Shown: positions 17,648-27,468 of the stretch, in pieces
Layout: each line of letters opens with the position of its first letter
Position numbering within the stretch: position 1 is the stretch's first letter
From: an uncultured bacterium
GTDB lineage: Bacteria; Latescibacterota; Latescibacteria; Latescibacterales; Latescibacteraceae
Reading direction: 5' to 3'
DNA length: 57,761 nucleotides
Assembly: GCA_964456585.1 (NCBI GenBank)
Contig: CAYWBT010000001.1
Location: 1-57,761, forward strand
Position numbers and translations under genes: made by a program
The notes under the pieces: generated by a model
The model's database searches: none
Seen by the model: the letters and a program-made list of their open reading frames with translations, nothing else
What the model was told of the DNA's origin: nothing

Positions 17648-19429
17648 ATGGTACAACTTCAAAATTCTTCCCCGCATACTTTCCACATCCCCGTTATGGG
17701 CACAGGATTCACCATAGACACTCCGCTCCGTGTAGCACGATATGGGATTTCATCAGTCATATCACTCGTTGATGATGTTCTCATCGAACAGATGAGGAAC
17801 TATCACTGCGAAAAAGCTGGAAAATCCTATGAAGAGATTCCCACTTCAGACAGAGATGCCCGGGCACACCGCATTACAGCGTATCTGAATCTCATCGACG
17901 ACCTGGTGAAAAAACAGGTGGAAGAGCTTCGGAATTCACCGTTTGAAGAGGAAAGTGAAATAACCCGATATTACACAATGTTGCCTGAATCCCGTTTGAA
18001 AGACGACTATAATACTATGCTTACGACACCTGATCCTGAGGAAAAAGCTCGCAGGCAGGCCGATCTCAGAAAACAGGTGGCACCCGGCGCTATCGATGTC
18101 AACATCATGACAAAACTGGACTGCAACAGATATAAGAATGGTGTCATGCCGCCGCCGGAGTTTTCCGATGCGAAATCTGCGCTCCGCGGTTATGCCAGAA
18201 GCACGCTCCGTTCCTCAATGGTCTGCTCAGCTGGAATGAACAGAGAGTTTTATAATTATTTCACTTCGTTCGATGATTTTTTCCCTAACGGCGATGGCGC
18301 GCTTCAAAAAAAGATCACTCTGAAAGTGAGTGACTTTCGTTCTGCAGAAATTCAGGGGAAATTCCTGGCTAAACGTGGACTGTGGGTGTCCGAGTTTCGC
18401 ATAGAATCCGGCCTTAACTGTGGCGGGCACGCCTTTGCTACGAAAGGCGTTCTTCTTGGGCAGATATTGAAAGAGTTCAAAGTAAAGAGAGAAGAACTGC
18501 TGGAAAAGCTTCACACTGTGTACAATGATACTCTCACTACCCTCGGTCGCCCTGTATTCGATGAACCATTTGATATTCGCATTACCGTCCAGGGTGGTAT
18601 CGGCACGGCGAGTGAGAATGAAATGTTACTCAAATATTACAACGCTGACAGTACCGGCTGGGCGACACCTTTTCTGCTTGTTCCTGAAGCGGTGAATGTC
18701 GATGAGGCGCATCTTGCAAAGATTTTGGCTGCACGTGATGAAGACATATATTTGAGCGATAGCTCCCCTCTCGGCATACCGTTCTGGAACCTTCGCACTT
18801 CTGCAAGCGAGGAGGCACGCAGGAAACGTATACGCCAAAACAAGCCGGGTAGTGGCTGTGTGAAAGGGTATCTCAAGTTCGATACGGAGATAACCGATTT
18901 ACCTGTCTGCAGGGCATCGGCGATCTATCAGAGGAAAAGGCTTAACCTGCTTGAAAACGAAAGTCTGCCTCCCGAACAGTATCAAGCGAAGAAGGAAGAC
19001 ATTCTCAGTAAATCCTGCATCTGCAACGACCTTGCCGGAGTAGCAACTGTCAGGCTCGGTATTGATCCTGAAGCTACATCCGCAGTGTGCTGCGGCCCAA
19101 ACATCGTGAACTTTACAAAAATAATATCCCTCCAGGAAATGATTGATCATATATACGGGCGCATTTCCCTTCTTTCCAATCCCGAGCGTCCCCACATGTT
19201 CGTCCGTGAGCTGATGATCTATATCGACTATTTCCGGAAAGAGGTTGAGAAAGGCTCACGCGAACTAACAAACCAAACCCAAAAATATCTCACCGAATTC
19301 AAGAAGAATCTTCTCGATTGCATTGAGGATTACCTGAATCTTGGGGAGCAGTTCATCGAGGAGCAGAAGGAACGGATCATCAGTGATCTTACTACGCTCA
19401 AAAAGAAGCTGGAAAGTATATCGCATTAA
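17648..19429 (+). CDS. Conserved-looking hypothetical protein; possible NMO/IMPDH-like FMN TIM-barrel with Cys-rich C-terminal region and coiled-coil tail
   Basis: 593-aa ORF. HIPVMGTGFTIDTPLRVARYGISSVISL, ESGLNCGGHAF and ITVQGGIGT resemble the three signature segments of nitronate-monooxygenase-type barrels (PI.Q.PM ... EAGGH ... AGGI). Cysteine motifs GSGCVKG, PVCRAS, KSCICNDL and AVCCGPN follow. The function call is weak. Confidence 0.45.
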   Translation: MVQLQNSSPHTFHIPVMGTGFTIDTPLRVARYGISSVISLVDDVLIEQMRNYHCEKAGKSYEEIPTSDRDARAHRITAYLNLIDDLVKKQVEELRNSPFEEESEITRYYTMLPESRLKDDYNTMLTTPDPEEKARRQADLRKQVAPGAIDVNIMTKLDCNRYKNGVMPPPEFSDAKSALRGYARSTLRSSMVCSAGMNREFYNYFTSFDDFFPNGDGALQKKITLKVSDFRSAEIQGKFLAKRGLWVSEFRIESGLNCGGHAFATKGVLLGQILKEFKVKREELLEKLHTVYNDTLTTLGRPVFDEPFDIRITVQGGIGTASENEMLLKYYNADSTGWATPFLLVPEAVNVDEAHLAKILAARDEDIYLSDSSPLGIPFWNLRTSASEEARRKRIRQNKPGSGCVKGYLKFDTEITDLPVCRASAIYQRKRLNLLENESLPPEQYQAKKEDILSKSCICNDLAGVATVRLGIDPEATSAVCCGPNIVNFTKIISLQEMIDHIYGRISLLSNPERPHMFVRELMIYIDYFRKEVEKGSRELTNQTQKYLTEFKKNLLDCIEDYLNLGEQFIEEQKERIISDLTTLKKKLESISH

Positions 19430-19620
19430 TGATATTCTTTGAAGTATACACCTCTGTCAAGACAAAACATATGTAGTTTAAAGTGTAAAATCTCCAACTC
19501 GCTGCTCCTCAGGAGCACCCTGTAGAGACTTTTGTGAAAGCATACTAAAACCGTTTGACAGTAGCGTGAAATAAATCTATTTTATTATGTCTTGTGTTTC
19601 GAGAGAAAGTATCAAAACGT

Positions 19621-20466
19621 ATGGACACCGATAAAAAAAAATGGATTTCCATCATGCTCGTTCCGGAAGACGGAACGAGCATGCGGAAATGGCGTATCTC
19701 AACCAGACGATATACCTTTCTTAAAACAGGATTATGGGCCGTTGTTTTTTTTCTCTGTGCCGGCTTTGTATCCATGGGAGTATTGACCTACATGGGTTTT
19801 CAGGTGCGCAGGTACCAGCTTGCAAATGAAGAACTGCTCAATGCCGCGTCCAAGATCGAGATAATCGCCGGCAGGCTTGCCGCCTATGAAGAAAAAGAAC
19901 GCAAGCTGAGAACGATCCTCGGCGCCGACCTCGATCTTCCTCAAGCCATGACCGTTGAAGAGTATGCCCGCACGTTCCATGGATTGGAAGACAGCACGAT
20001 TACCGGCGTGAGCGGTATCGACCAGGTAATCACCCGCGAGGAATCAAAGGTGCGACGAATACCGACCATCTGGCCGATCAATCCCTGGCAGATAACAAAG
20101 GAGTTTCAGTATACCGGCAATCCGCGGGTGGATCACCTCGGTATCGATATCCTGTCGTGGGGGAGCGGCCGATCTGAGGTCATGGCAACCGCGGACGGCG
20201 AAGTAATATTTGCCGATACGAGTAAAAATCTCGGTCTGCGAATCGAGATCGATCACGGAAACGGCTGGGTGACCGAGTACGGTCATAATTCCAGTCTCCT
20301 GGTAAAATACGGCGACACGGTACGGAAGGGTCAGACTATCGCGCTCTTTGGAGGCGAGGGAGGCGCAAGCAGCGGCCCGCACCTCCACTACGCCATGTTT
20401 TACAACAAACAGCCGATAAATCCCCTGGACCACCTTGATACTACGAAGCTGGCAAAGAGTGAATGA
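19621..20466 (+). CDS. M23 family (LytM-type) metallopeptidase, membrane anchored
   Basis: Start at ATG 19621 (the ORF-track GTG at 19594 is possible). It has an N-terminal TM helix, a coiled-coil, and the M23 motifs HLGIDI and GPHLHY. Confidence 0.85.
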   Translation: MDTDKKKWISIMLVPEDGTSMRKWRISTRRYTFLKTGLWAVVFFLCAGFVSMGVLTYMGFQVRRYQLANEELLNAASKIEIIAGRLAAYEEKERKLRTILGADLDLPQAMTVEEYARTFHGLEDSTITGVSGIDQVITREESKVRRIPTIWPINPWQITKEFQYTGNPRVDHLGIDILSWGSGRSEVMATADGEVIFADTSKNLGLRIEIDHGNGWVTEYGHNSSLLVKYGDTVRKGQTIALFGGEGGASSGPHLHYAMFYNKQPINPLDHLDTTKLAKSE

Positions 20467-20669
20467 ATGAGATATTTCCGTATATTTCCTCTTTTACTGT
20501 TATCGAACGGTGTAACCGGGGGATGCCCGCCGTTACCCTTCCGATAATGCCAAATGTGGCATGAAGGAGAAAATCGGAGATGATGTGAAAAATTTCCTCT
20601 ACAGAGAAGACATTTTTTTGTATATTGTCATAACTATCGATCAAAATACTGCAATTTCAGGGAGGTTGC

Positions 20670-21059
20670 ATGGCGAGAAATAACGAGTCTGAAGGCGCCA
20701 TGAATACCATCATCGGCAAGGGAACACGGCTGGAGGGTTCACTGGAAGTTGCGCAGAGCCTTCGGATAGATGGATATTTCAAGGGGTCGATTAAAGCATC
20801 CGACACGCTCATCGTCGGGGCAACCGGCGAGCTTTCCGATGTATCAGTCAGCGCAAAAAACGCCGTCATCGGCGGGAAGATCAAGGGTAACATCACCGCT
20901 TCCAGCAAGATTACACTGGAAAGCTCCTCGAGGCTGGAAGGCGATCTGACCGCGAAACTTCTCATTATCGAAGAGGGAGCGCTCTTTACGGGCAACTGCA
21001 AGAGCGGTGATTCGATTGCTGTCCCGAAACCGATTCTCGATGAGAAACCGCTCTCCTAA
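20670..21059 (+). CDS. Bactofilin (polymer-forming cytoskeletal protein)
   Basis: 129-aa ORF preceded by a GGGAGG RBS. It shows the typical bactofilin beta-helical repeats: IGKGTRLEGSLEV...LRIDGYFKGSI...LIVGATGEL...AVIGGKIKGNI...ITLESSSRLEGDL...LIIEEGALFTGNC. Confidence 0.85.
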   Translation: MARNNESEGAMNTIIGKGTRLEGSLEVAQSLRIDGYFKGSIKASDTLIVGATGELSDVSVSAKNAVIGGKIKGNITASSKITLESSSRLEGDLTAKLLIIEEGALFTGNCKSGDSIAVPKPILDEKPLS

Positions 21060-21083
21060 TGTCACAGCGGGGTAACATCTGTC

Positions 21084-21500
21084 ATGGTATCACAGGGCAC
21101 CACCGAAAGTTTGTATGATGCGCGCCGCTTTGTACGAGGCATACAAAAGCGGGCTCTGCTTGTCGCTTTGAGTGTTGGCGCCCTTATGGCGGTTTTCTGG
21201 TCGCGTTCGGGTTGCTATGGATTCCTTGCCGGTTCGGCTGTCAGTATCATCAATTTCCAGCTCATGTCGGTCGATGCCTATACACTGGCGAGGAGACGGC
21301 CGCGTAACGCACGTAAGTTTTTTTTCACCAGGGGAATTATACGGTCTGCGATCATGTTCGGCTTCCTTGCCCTCATCGCGACCCAAACCGATTACAATAT
21401 GATCGCGGCATTCATTGGAGTTTTTCTTGTCAAGATAGTTCTCTTCATCGGTCAAATCGTTGAGGGAATGCATCCTGCCAGAAAGGCTTCCGGGAGTTAA
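21084..21500 (+). CDS. atpI: ATP synthase protein I-like small membrane protein
   Basis: 138-aa ORF with about four hydrophobic helices, located immediately upstream of atpB. The call rests on position and topology only. Confidence 0.55.
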   Translation: MVSQGTTESLYDARRFVRGIQKRALLVALSVGALMAVFWSRSGCYGFLAGSAVSIINFQLMSVDAYTLARRRPRNARKFFFTRGIIRSAIMFGFLALIATQTDYNMIAAFIGVFLVKIVLFIGQIVEGMHPARKASGS

Positions 21501-21506
21501 GGAAGA

Positions 21507-22349
21507 ATGAAAGGCAAACATCTCATACTTCTTGCACTGACAATTCTCATTCTGGAAATCATTGTTCTTGCCGTCTTTGGCGGTTTCAGTGCCGATGCGA
21601 ATAAAGCGGGAAAGGTGTTGGCAACTATCGGCCCGCTCACCTTGTACAAGTACGACATGGGTCTCATAGATTTTCAAAAAGTCCCCCAGTGGAACCTCGA
21701 TGGAACACCGGAAGGCGAGCCCACGTTCTGGGGTCTGAACAAGGCTACCACCGTGATGCTCCTGATCATCGATGTATTCATCATTGCCATGTCATTCCTG
21801 GCAACCAGGAGGCTCAAGATGATTCCCGGGCGGATTCAGAGCGTGTTCGAGATCGTTGTCGAACTATTCTCCAACCTGGTAGAACAAGCGCTCGGTGAAG
21901 ACGGAAAGCGTCATATTCCCATGCTCGGATCGCTGTTTCTCATATTGTGGATATCGAACATCATCGGTTCCATACCCTTTGCGGTCGAGCCGACGCGCGA
22001 TCTCAATGTCCCGCTGGGGCACATGCTGGTTGTCATATTCGTGGTTCATTTCGAGTCGATCCGGGTCAAGGGTCTCGCGGGGTATTTGAAGAGTTATAAC
22101 GAACCATTCTTTGTGATGATGCCCCTCAATGTCATCGGCGAAATTGCCAAGGGCGTTTCGCTCTCGTTCCGTCTCTTTGGTAATATTCTTGGTGGCGCGA
22201 TCATTGTGATGGTTATTTCGTACCTCGCGAAGTACACGATCCTTCCGGTTGGTCTTAACTTGTTTTTCAGCCTTTTTGTCGGCACGATCCAGGCGTTTGT
22301 ATTTACCATGCTCGGCATGACCTATATCGCGGTTGCGATGGGAGACTGA
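21507..22349 (+). CDS. atpB: F-type ATP synthase subunit a
   Basis: 280-aa polytopic ORF with the conserved stator arginine region LSFRLFGNILGG and the C-terminal QAFVFTMLGMTY motif. Confidence 0.92.
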   Translation: MKGKHLILLALTILILEIIVLAVFGGFSADANKAGKVLATIGPLTLYKYDMGLIDFQKVPQWNLDGTPEGEPTFWGLNKATTVMLLIIDVFIIAMSFLATRRLKMIPGRIQSVFEIVVELFSNLVEQALGEDGKRHIPMLGSLFLILWISNIIGSIPFAVEPTRDLNVPLGHMLVVIFVVHFESIRVKGLAGYLKSYNEPFFVMMPLNVIGEIAKGVSLSFRLFGNILGGAIIVMVISYLAKYTILPVGLNLFFSLFVGTIQAFVFTMLGMTYIAVAMGD

Positions 22350-22365
22350 GAAAAGAAAGGGCACC

Positions 22366-23094
22366 ATGGGAGAAATACCGGTTTCCACATGGATTTTCAT
22401 CGCGAAGTATATCGGCGCAGCCCTCGCAGTGGGGATCGCTGCTTTCGGCAGTGCCTATGGCGAAGGATACATCGCCTTCAAGGCTTCCGAAGCGATCGCC
22501 CGTCAGCCGAAAGCCTCGAGCGAAATCGTGCGCACCATGCTCATTACCCAGGCTGTCGCTGAAACGGCGGGAATCTTCGGACTTTTAATGTCGATTATCC
22601 TTCTGTTCGTGGCAAAAACCGAGGGTGGTATGGCGTTTGCAGTGGCACTGCTCGCTTCCGGTCTCTGCATGGGTGTTGGCGCGATTGGTGCCGGTGTCGG
22701 CTCCGGACAGGCGGGAGGTGCGGCTTGCGAATCCATCGGTCGTTTCCCGCGGCTCTCTTCCAGCATTCTTTTGACAACGCTCGTGGGACAGGCGATTGTC
22801 CAGACCGGATGTATTTTCGCACTCGTCATCTCGATGCTGCTCAGCCTCATGTCTCGCGACACAGACAGCATCGTCATTATCGGGGCGACGCTCGGCGCGG
22901 GTTTCGCCATGGGGTTCGGTGCAATCGGTGCCGGTATCAGCACAGGCTTTACCGCGAAAAAAGCGATCTGGGGCATGTCGCGCGATTCACGTATCGGCGG
23001 CGTGCTCACCAGGACGATGCTTCTTGGGCAGGCGGTTGCACATGCGGGAGCGATTTATTCACTCATTATTGCATTTATTTTACTCTTTCAATAA
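22366..23094 (+). CDS. Triplicated (three-hairpin, six-TM) ATP synthase c-subunit fusion with a single ion-binding carboxylate
   Basis: Start at ATG 22366 (MGEIPV...), after a GAAAGGG RBS. It contains three tandem units, each with a Gly-rich helix 1 (G.G.G.G), a polar loop (ARQP / GRFP / SRDS) and a helix 2. The position of the conserved ion-binding Glu is QAVAETAGIF in unit 1, QAIVQTGCIF in unit 2 and QAVAHAGAIY in unit 3. The frame is continuous with no stops. Confidence 0.8.
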   Translation: MGEIPVSTWIFIAKYIGAALAVGIAAFGSAYGEGYIAFKASEAIARQPKASSEIVRTMLITQAVAETAGIFGLLMSIILLFVAKTEGGMAFAVALLASGLCMGVGAIGAGVGSGQAGGAACESIGRFPRLSSSILLTTLVGQAIVQTGCIFALVISMLLSLMSRDTDSIVIIGATLGAGFAMGFGAIGAGISTGFTAKKAIWGMSRDSRIGGVLTRTMLLGQAVAHAGAIYSLIIAFILLFQ

Positions 23095-23105
23095 AGATTT
23101 TTTAG

Positions 23106-23384
<279 letters not shown>

Positions 23385-23531
23385 GGCGCTGGTGTTCGAA
23401 AGCGTGCACGCAAAAGGTTCTTGATATCGAGATGATCCCCTGAAAGCGTCCGGTATTGGTCTTTCGGGCGAATGCCTCCGGGCCGATGGGGAACGTATCG
23501 GAGCTATGTCGGGAGCCGGAGAAAGGTATCC

Positions 23532-24008
23532 ATGATAAAGATCAATGCAACACTTATTCTGACGGTTTTCAACTTTGTCCTCCTCGTCGCGGTGCTCGCC
23601 GTGATACTCTGGAAGCCGATGTTGAAATTTCTCGACGAGCGTATGCAGAAGATCAAAGAATCGCTGAAGCTCGCCGAGGATAACACGAGACGCGCAGAAG
23701 AGATGAAAACAGAGCATGACGAGATTATCAAACAGGCCCGTAAGAAGGCGAACGAATTAGTCGACAACGCCATGTCAACAGCTTCAAATGAGAGCCGTGA
23801 TATCATCGCTCATGCGCGCGAACAGGCACATGCGACCATCGAATCAGCCCGTGAAGAAATCGAGATGGAAGCTGAGCGTATCAAGCGGGATCTTCGCCAG
23901 GATGTTGCTGAAATGACGGTGAGTATTGCGAGCAAGATTCTTGAGCGAGAAATCAAGGAGGATGACCACCGCGATCTGATTAACCGATCTCTCGATGCCT
24001 TCGAATAG
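23532..24008 (+). CDS. atpF: F-type ATP synthase subunit b
   Basis: Start at ATG 23532 (MIKINATLILTVFNFVLLVAVL), after a GGAGAAAGG RBS. It has a single N-terminal TM helix followed by a long charged helix, and it sits in the atp operon. Confidence 0.85.
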   Translation: MIKINATLILTVFNFVLLVAVLAVILWKPMLKFLDERMQKIKESLKLAEDNTRRAEEMKTEHDEIIKQARKKANELVDNAMSTASNESRDIIAHAREQAHATIESAREEIEMEAERIKRDLRQDVAEMTVSIASKILEREIKEDDHRDLINRSLDAFE

Positions 24009-24227
24009 TCATCGCGACGGTGTATGATAGAGAGAGATTACGCCACATCCCCGGGAATCACGATGCCGCAGATGTGCCTGTTGGATAAGGTGTTAAGCGG
24101 TATGGATTCGGCATAATCATCCGGGATAAAATGAGGAATATTTCTCCCATTGGCACACCTGCTGTGCGACATCTGCTCAGCATGAACCGTCGGCGGGAAC
24201 GAGAGCTCACAACAGGTAGAGACTGTT

Positions 24228-24764
24228 ATGGTACATGCGAGAAAAGTTGCGAAGCGTTATGCAAAGGCATTCCTTCATGAAAAAATGGGGACGGATGATA
24301 TCGACCGGTTGACCGGCGAGATACAGTTGTTAGTCACCACCCTCGCTACGGAAAAAGAAACAGAGGTATTTTTCATCAGCCCTGTTTATTCCCGTGACCT
24401 CAAAATCAAGATTGTGAACGATATCTGTAAAAAATTCGGTTTCTCTTCACATACCGTTTCCCTGCTCGAAATTTTAATTAATAACGACAGGATAAATATT
24501 CTCGCCGCTGTTTTCGAGGAACTCCGTGACGTTTCCGACAAGATTCACGGCCGCGTCCGGGTTAAACTGACAACTGCCGACGAACCCTCGCCCCCGATGA
24601 TCGAGAAGCTCACCGAAAAGATCAGCGGCTACTTTGGTCAGAGCGCCATCCTGGAGAGAAACGTCGATAGTTCGATAATCGGTGGTTTTATTTTCGAAGG
24701 CGAGGGTCAGTACATCGATATGAGTGTTTTAGGACAGCTGCGGCGGACGTTTGCCGAGCTGTAA
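24228..24764 (+). CDS. atpH: F-type ATP synthase subunit delta (OSCP)
   Basis: 178-aa ORF with the N-terminal VAKRYAKAF motif typical of delta subunits and a C-terminal SIIGGF segment. It lies between atpF and atpA. Confidence 0.85.
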   Translation: MVHARKVAKRYAKAFLHEKMGTDDIDRLTGEIQLLVTTLATEKETEVFFISPVYSRDLKIKIVNDICKKFGFSSHTVSLLEILINNDRINILAAVFEELRDVSDKIHGRVRVKLTTADEPSPPMIEKLTEKISGYFGQSAILERNVDSSIIGGFIFEGEGQYIDMSVLGQLRRTFAEL

Positions 24765-24842
24765 ACATGATAGTCGAAGAATATTTAACTACTATGGACT
24801 CTGAAGAATAACACGCAAGCATGGAGGCGGAAGGCGGCTGTA

Positions 24843-26354
24843 ATGAATATCAGACCAGAAGAAATTAGTACCGTCATTCAGCAGGAAATAAGCGATTTTA
24901 AGGTCGAAATGGATGTCCAAGAGGTCGGCACCGTGATTCAGGTAGGCGATGGTGTCGCGCGTGTCTACGGCCTGCGGAATTGCATGTATTCCGAACTGAT
25001 CGAGTTTCCGCACGGTGTATTCGGCATGGCTCTCAACCTCGAGGAAGACAACGTGGGGTGTATTCTCTTCGGATCGGATACGCTTGTGAAGGAGGGAGAT
25101 ACCGCAAAGAAGACCCGTCGGGTTATGTCGGTTCCTGTTGGAGAAAACGTACTCGGCCGGGTAATCAATCCCCTCGGTCAGCCGATCGATGGTAAGGGTG
25201 AGATAAAATCGACCGAGATGAAACCGATCGATATCAAGGCTCCTGGTGTTATCAATCGCCAGCCGGTCAGGGAACCGTTGCAAACCGGTCTCAAATCGAT
25301 CGATTCGATGATCCCCATCGGCCGCGGACAGCGCGAGCTCATTATCGGCGACCGTCAGACCGGTAAAACCGCTCTTGCGATTGACACGATCATCAACCAG
25401 AAAAAAACCGATGTTGTCTGCATTTACGTTGCCATCGGGCAAAAAATGTCGACGGTGGCGAACGTTGTTGCTGCTCTCGAGGAAGCCGGCGCAATGGACT
25501 ATTCCATCGTTGTCGTGGCAAGCGCGTCCGATCCCGCCCCGATGCAGTATATAGCACCGTTTTCCGGTGCAACCATCGGCGAGTATTTTCGGGATACTAG
25601 CAAGCACGCGCTCATCATCTACGACGATCTTTCCAAGCATGCCGCAAGCTGGCGCCAGGTCGCCCTCATCCTCCGTCGCCCCCCCGGACGCGAGGCCTAC
25701 CCGGGTGATGTCTTTTACCTGCACTCAAGGCTGCTCGAGCGTGCCGCAAAAATGAACGACGAGTTAGGCGGAGGATCTCTGACGGCGCTCCCCATCATCG
25801 AAACACAGGCGGGCGACATATCGGCATATATTCCCACGAATGTTATTTCAATCACTGACGGTCAGATTTATCTTGAGTCGAATCTTTTCAACTCGGGATT
25901 TCGTCCTGCCATCAATGCCGGTCTCTCGGTATCTCGTGTCGGTGGAAACGCTCAGATAAAGGCAATGAAACAGGTTGCCGGACAGCTCAGGCTCGACCTC
26001 TCGCAGTACCGCGAACTCGAAGCTTTCGCCAAGTTCGGTTCCGACCTCGACAAGGCAACCCAAGCGCAGCTTCGGCGGGGTCAGGTAATGATGGAACTCC
26101 TGAAGCAGGACCAGTATTCTCCGGTGCTGGTTGAAAAGCAGGTCGCCGTTCTGTTCATGGGCATTCGTGGATATCTTGACGATGTTCCCCTCGATCAGAT
26201 CAAAAAGTTCGAATCGGAATTCCTGAAGTTCATCGAAAGCGAAGGAGCGGAGGTTCTCAAAACCATCATCACGGAAAAGGAACTGACCGACAAGACCACG
26301 GAAAATCTCATAAAACTCATTACCGACTTCAAATCAACATTTGTCGAGAGTTAA
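24843..26354 (+). CDS. atpA: F-type ATP synthase subunit alpha
   Basis: 503-aa ORF. Walker A GDRQTGKT, Walker [12 protein letters not shown], and the [21 protein letters not shown] signature. Confidence 0.97.
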   Translation: MNIRPEEISTVIQQEISDFKVEMDVQEVGTVIQVGDGVARVYGLRNCMYSELIEFPHGVFGMALNLEEDNVGCILFGSDTLVKEGDTAKKTRRVMSVPVGENVLGRVINPLGQPIDGKGEIKSTEMKPIDIKAPGVINRQPVREPLQTGLKSIDSMIPIGRGQRELIIGDRQTGKTALAIDTIINQKKTDVVCIYVAIGQKMSTVANVVAALEEAGAMDYSIVVVASASDPAPMQYIAPFSGATIGEYFRDTSKHALIIYDDLSKHAASWRQVALILRRPPGREAYPGDVFYLHSRLLERAAKMNDELGGGSLTALPIIETQAGDISAYIPTNVISITDGQIYLESNLFNSGFRPAINAGLSVSRVGGNAQIKAMKQVAGQLRLDLSQYRELEAFAKFGSDLDKATQAQLRRGQVMMELLKQDQYSPVLVEKQVAVLFMGIRGYLDDVPLDQIKKFESEFLKFIESEGAEVLKTIITEKELTDKTTENLIKLITDFKSTFVES

Positions 26355-26363
26355 AGGATAACG

Positions 26364-27227
26364 ATGGCAACAATCAGGGAAATTAAACGCCGCATCACCG
26401 CGATTAAGTCTACGCAGAAAATTACCCGTGCCATGCAGATGGTTGCGGCGGCAAAACTGCGTCGCGCCCAAGAGAATATTCTGAATGCACGGCCGTACGC
26501 GATTGGACTTGATAAAATCATTGCAGAAGTCGCCATGAGAACCAAGCGCGACCTTCATCCGCTCCTTACCGATCGGGTAGACGGCGGAAAAAACCTGCTC
26601 GTGGTAGTGACCGCGGATTCCGGCCTGTGTGGCGGATTCAATTCGAACCTGATCAAGGCTGCCCGCCAGTACATGGAAGACCACTCCGATCAGTCATACG
26701 ATATTTTCTGCATCGGCAGGAAAGGACGCAATTTCTTTCGACATGAAAACTATAGTATCGTCGGCGAGAAAATCCTGTTTTTCAATTCCCTGAAGTACGG
26801 AGATTCGATCGATGCAATCTCCAAGATCACCACGTTGTTCCTGGCGGGTGACTATACCCGGGTGGAGGTCATATACAATCAATTCAAGAGCGCCATCCAG
26901 CAAGTCATCACGACGAAGCAGATTCTCCCGCTTATCCCCGCCGAACCCGAGGAACAGATCAATCCCATCGATTACCTGTATGAGCCCACTGAATACGAGG
27001 TGTTTGACAAGCTCATACCCTACCATCTCGAAGTACAAATGTATCGGATTATGCTCGAGTCGTACGCATCGGAAATGGGTGCCAAGATGTCTGCCATGGA
27101 TGCTGCTACGGAGAATGCCAATGATCTCCTGAAAACACTATCGATAACATACAACCGGGCTCGCCAGGCGATCATTACCAAGGAAATCACGGAAATTGTC
27201 GGCGGTGCCGAAGGATTGAGCGCTTAA
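26364..27227 (+). CDS. atpG: F-type ATP synthase subunit gamma
   Basis: 287-aa ORF. N-terminal IKSTQKITRAMQMVAAAKLRRAQ and C-terminal NRARQAIITKEITEIVGGAE motifs. Confidence 0.93.
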   Translation: MATIREIKRRITAIKSTQKITRAMQMVAAAKLRRAQENILNARPYAIGLDKIIAEVAMRTKRDLHPLLTDRVDGGKNLLVVVTADSGLCGGFNSNLIKAARQYMEDHSDQSYDIFCIGRKGRNFFRHENYSIVGEKILFFNSLKYGDSIDAISKITTLFLAGDYTRVEVIYNQFKSAIQQVITTKQILPLIPAEPEEQINPIDYLYEPTEYEVFDKLIPYHLEVQMYRIMLESYASEMGAKMSAMDAATENANDLLKTLSITYNRARQAIITKEITEIVGGAEGLSA

Positions 27228-27253
27228 CAACCAGTTACGGAGCACCAAAGAGG

Positions 27254-27289
27254 GCCGCACAAGGTGTTGTTGTGCGGCATTTTCTCTTT
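27254..27289 (+). terminator. Rho-independent terminator after atpG
   Basis: GCCGCACA ... TGTGCGGC forms an 8-bp GC-rich stem (27254-27261 / 27271-27278), followed by ATTTTCTCTTT. Confidence 0.6.
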
Positions 27290-27468
27290 AAACCAAACCG
27301 TGTTCTTTCAACCGCTCTTTTCGACTTCGTCGAGGGTACAAGGCACAACCATCAAGAAGAAACGGCAACACCGTTCCTCGTGAATGTTGCACCCCAGTGG
27401 AACTATAAGATTGTAATCCATAGTGCATATTGTATTCGCGTACACTCAACCACAGGAGGTCATTGTTT

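Noticed and set aside
24009-24227. Small ORF (about 30 codons, MIERDYATSPG...) in the atpF-atpH spacer as a possible extra subunit
   Set aside because: It has no RBS, no hydrophobic segment and no resemblance to any ATP synthase subunit. It is treated as non-coding.
24792-25724. 310-aa antisense ORF opposite atpA
   Set aside because: It overlaps the highly conserved alpha subunit completely and is a typical GC-rich shadow frame.
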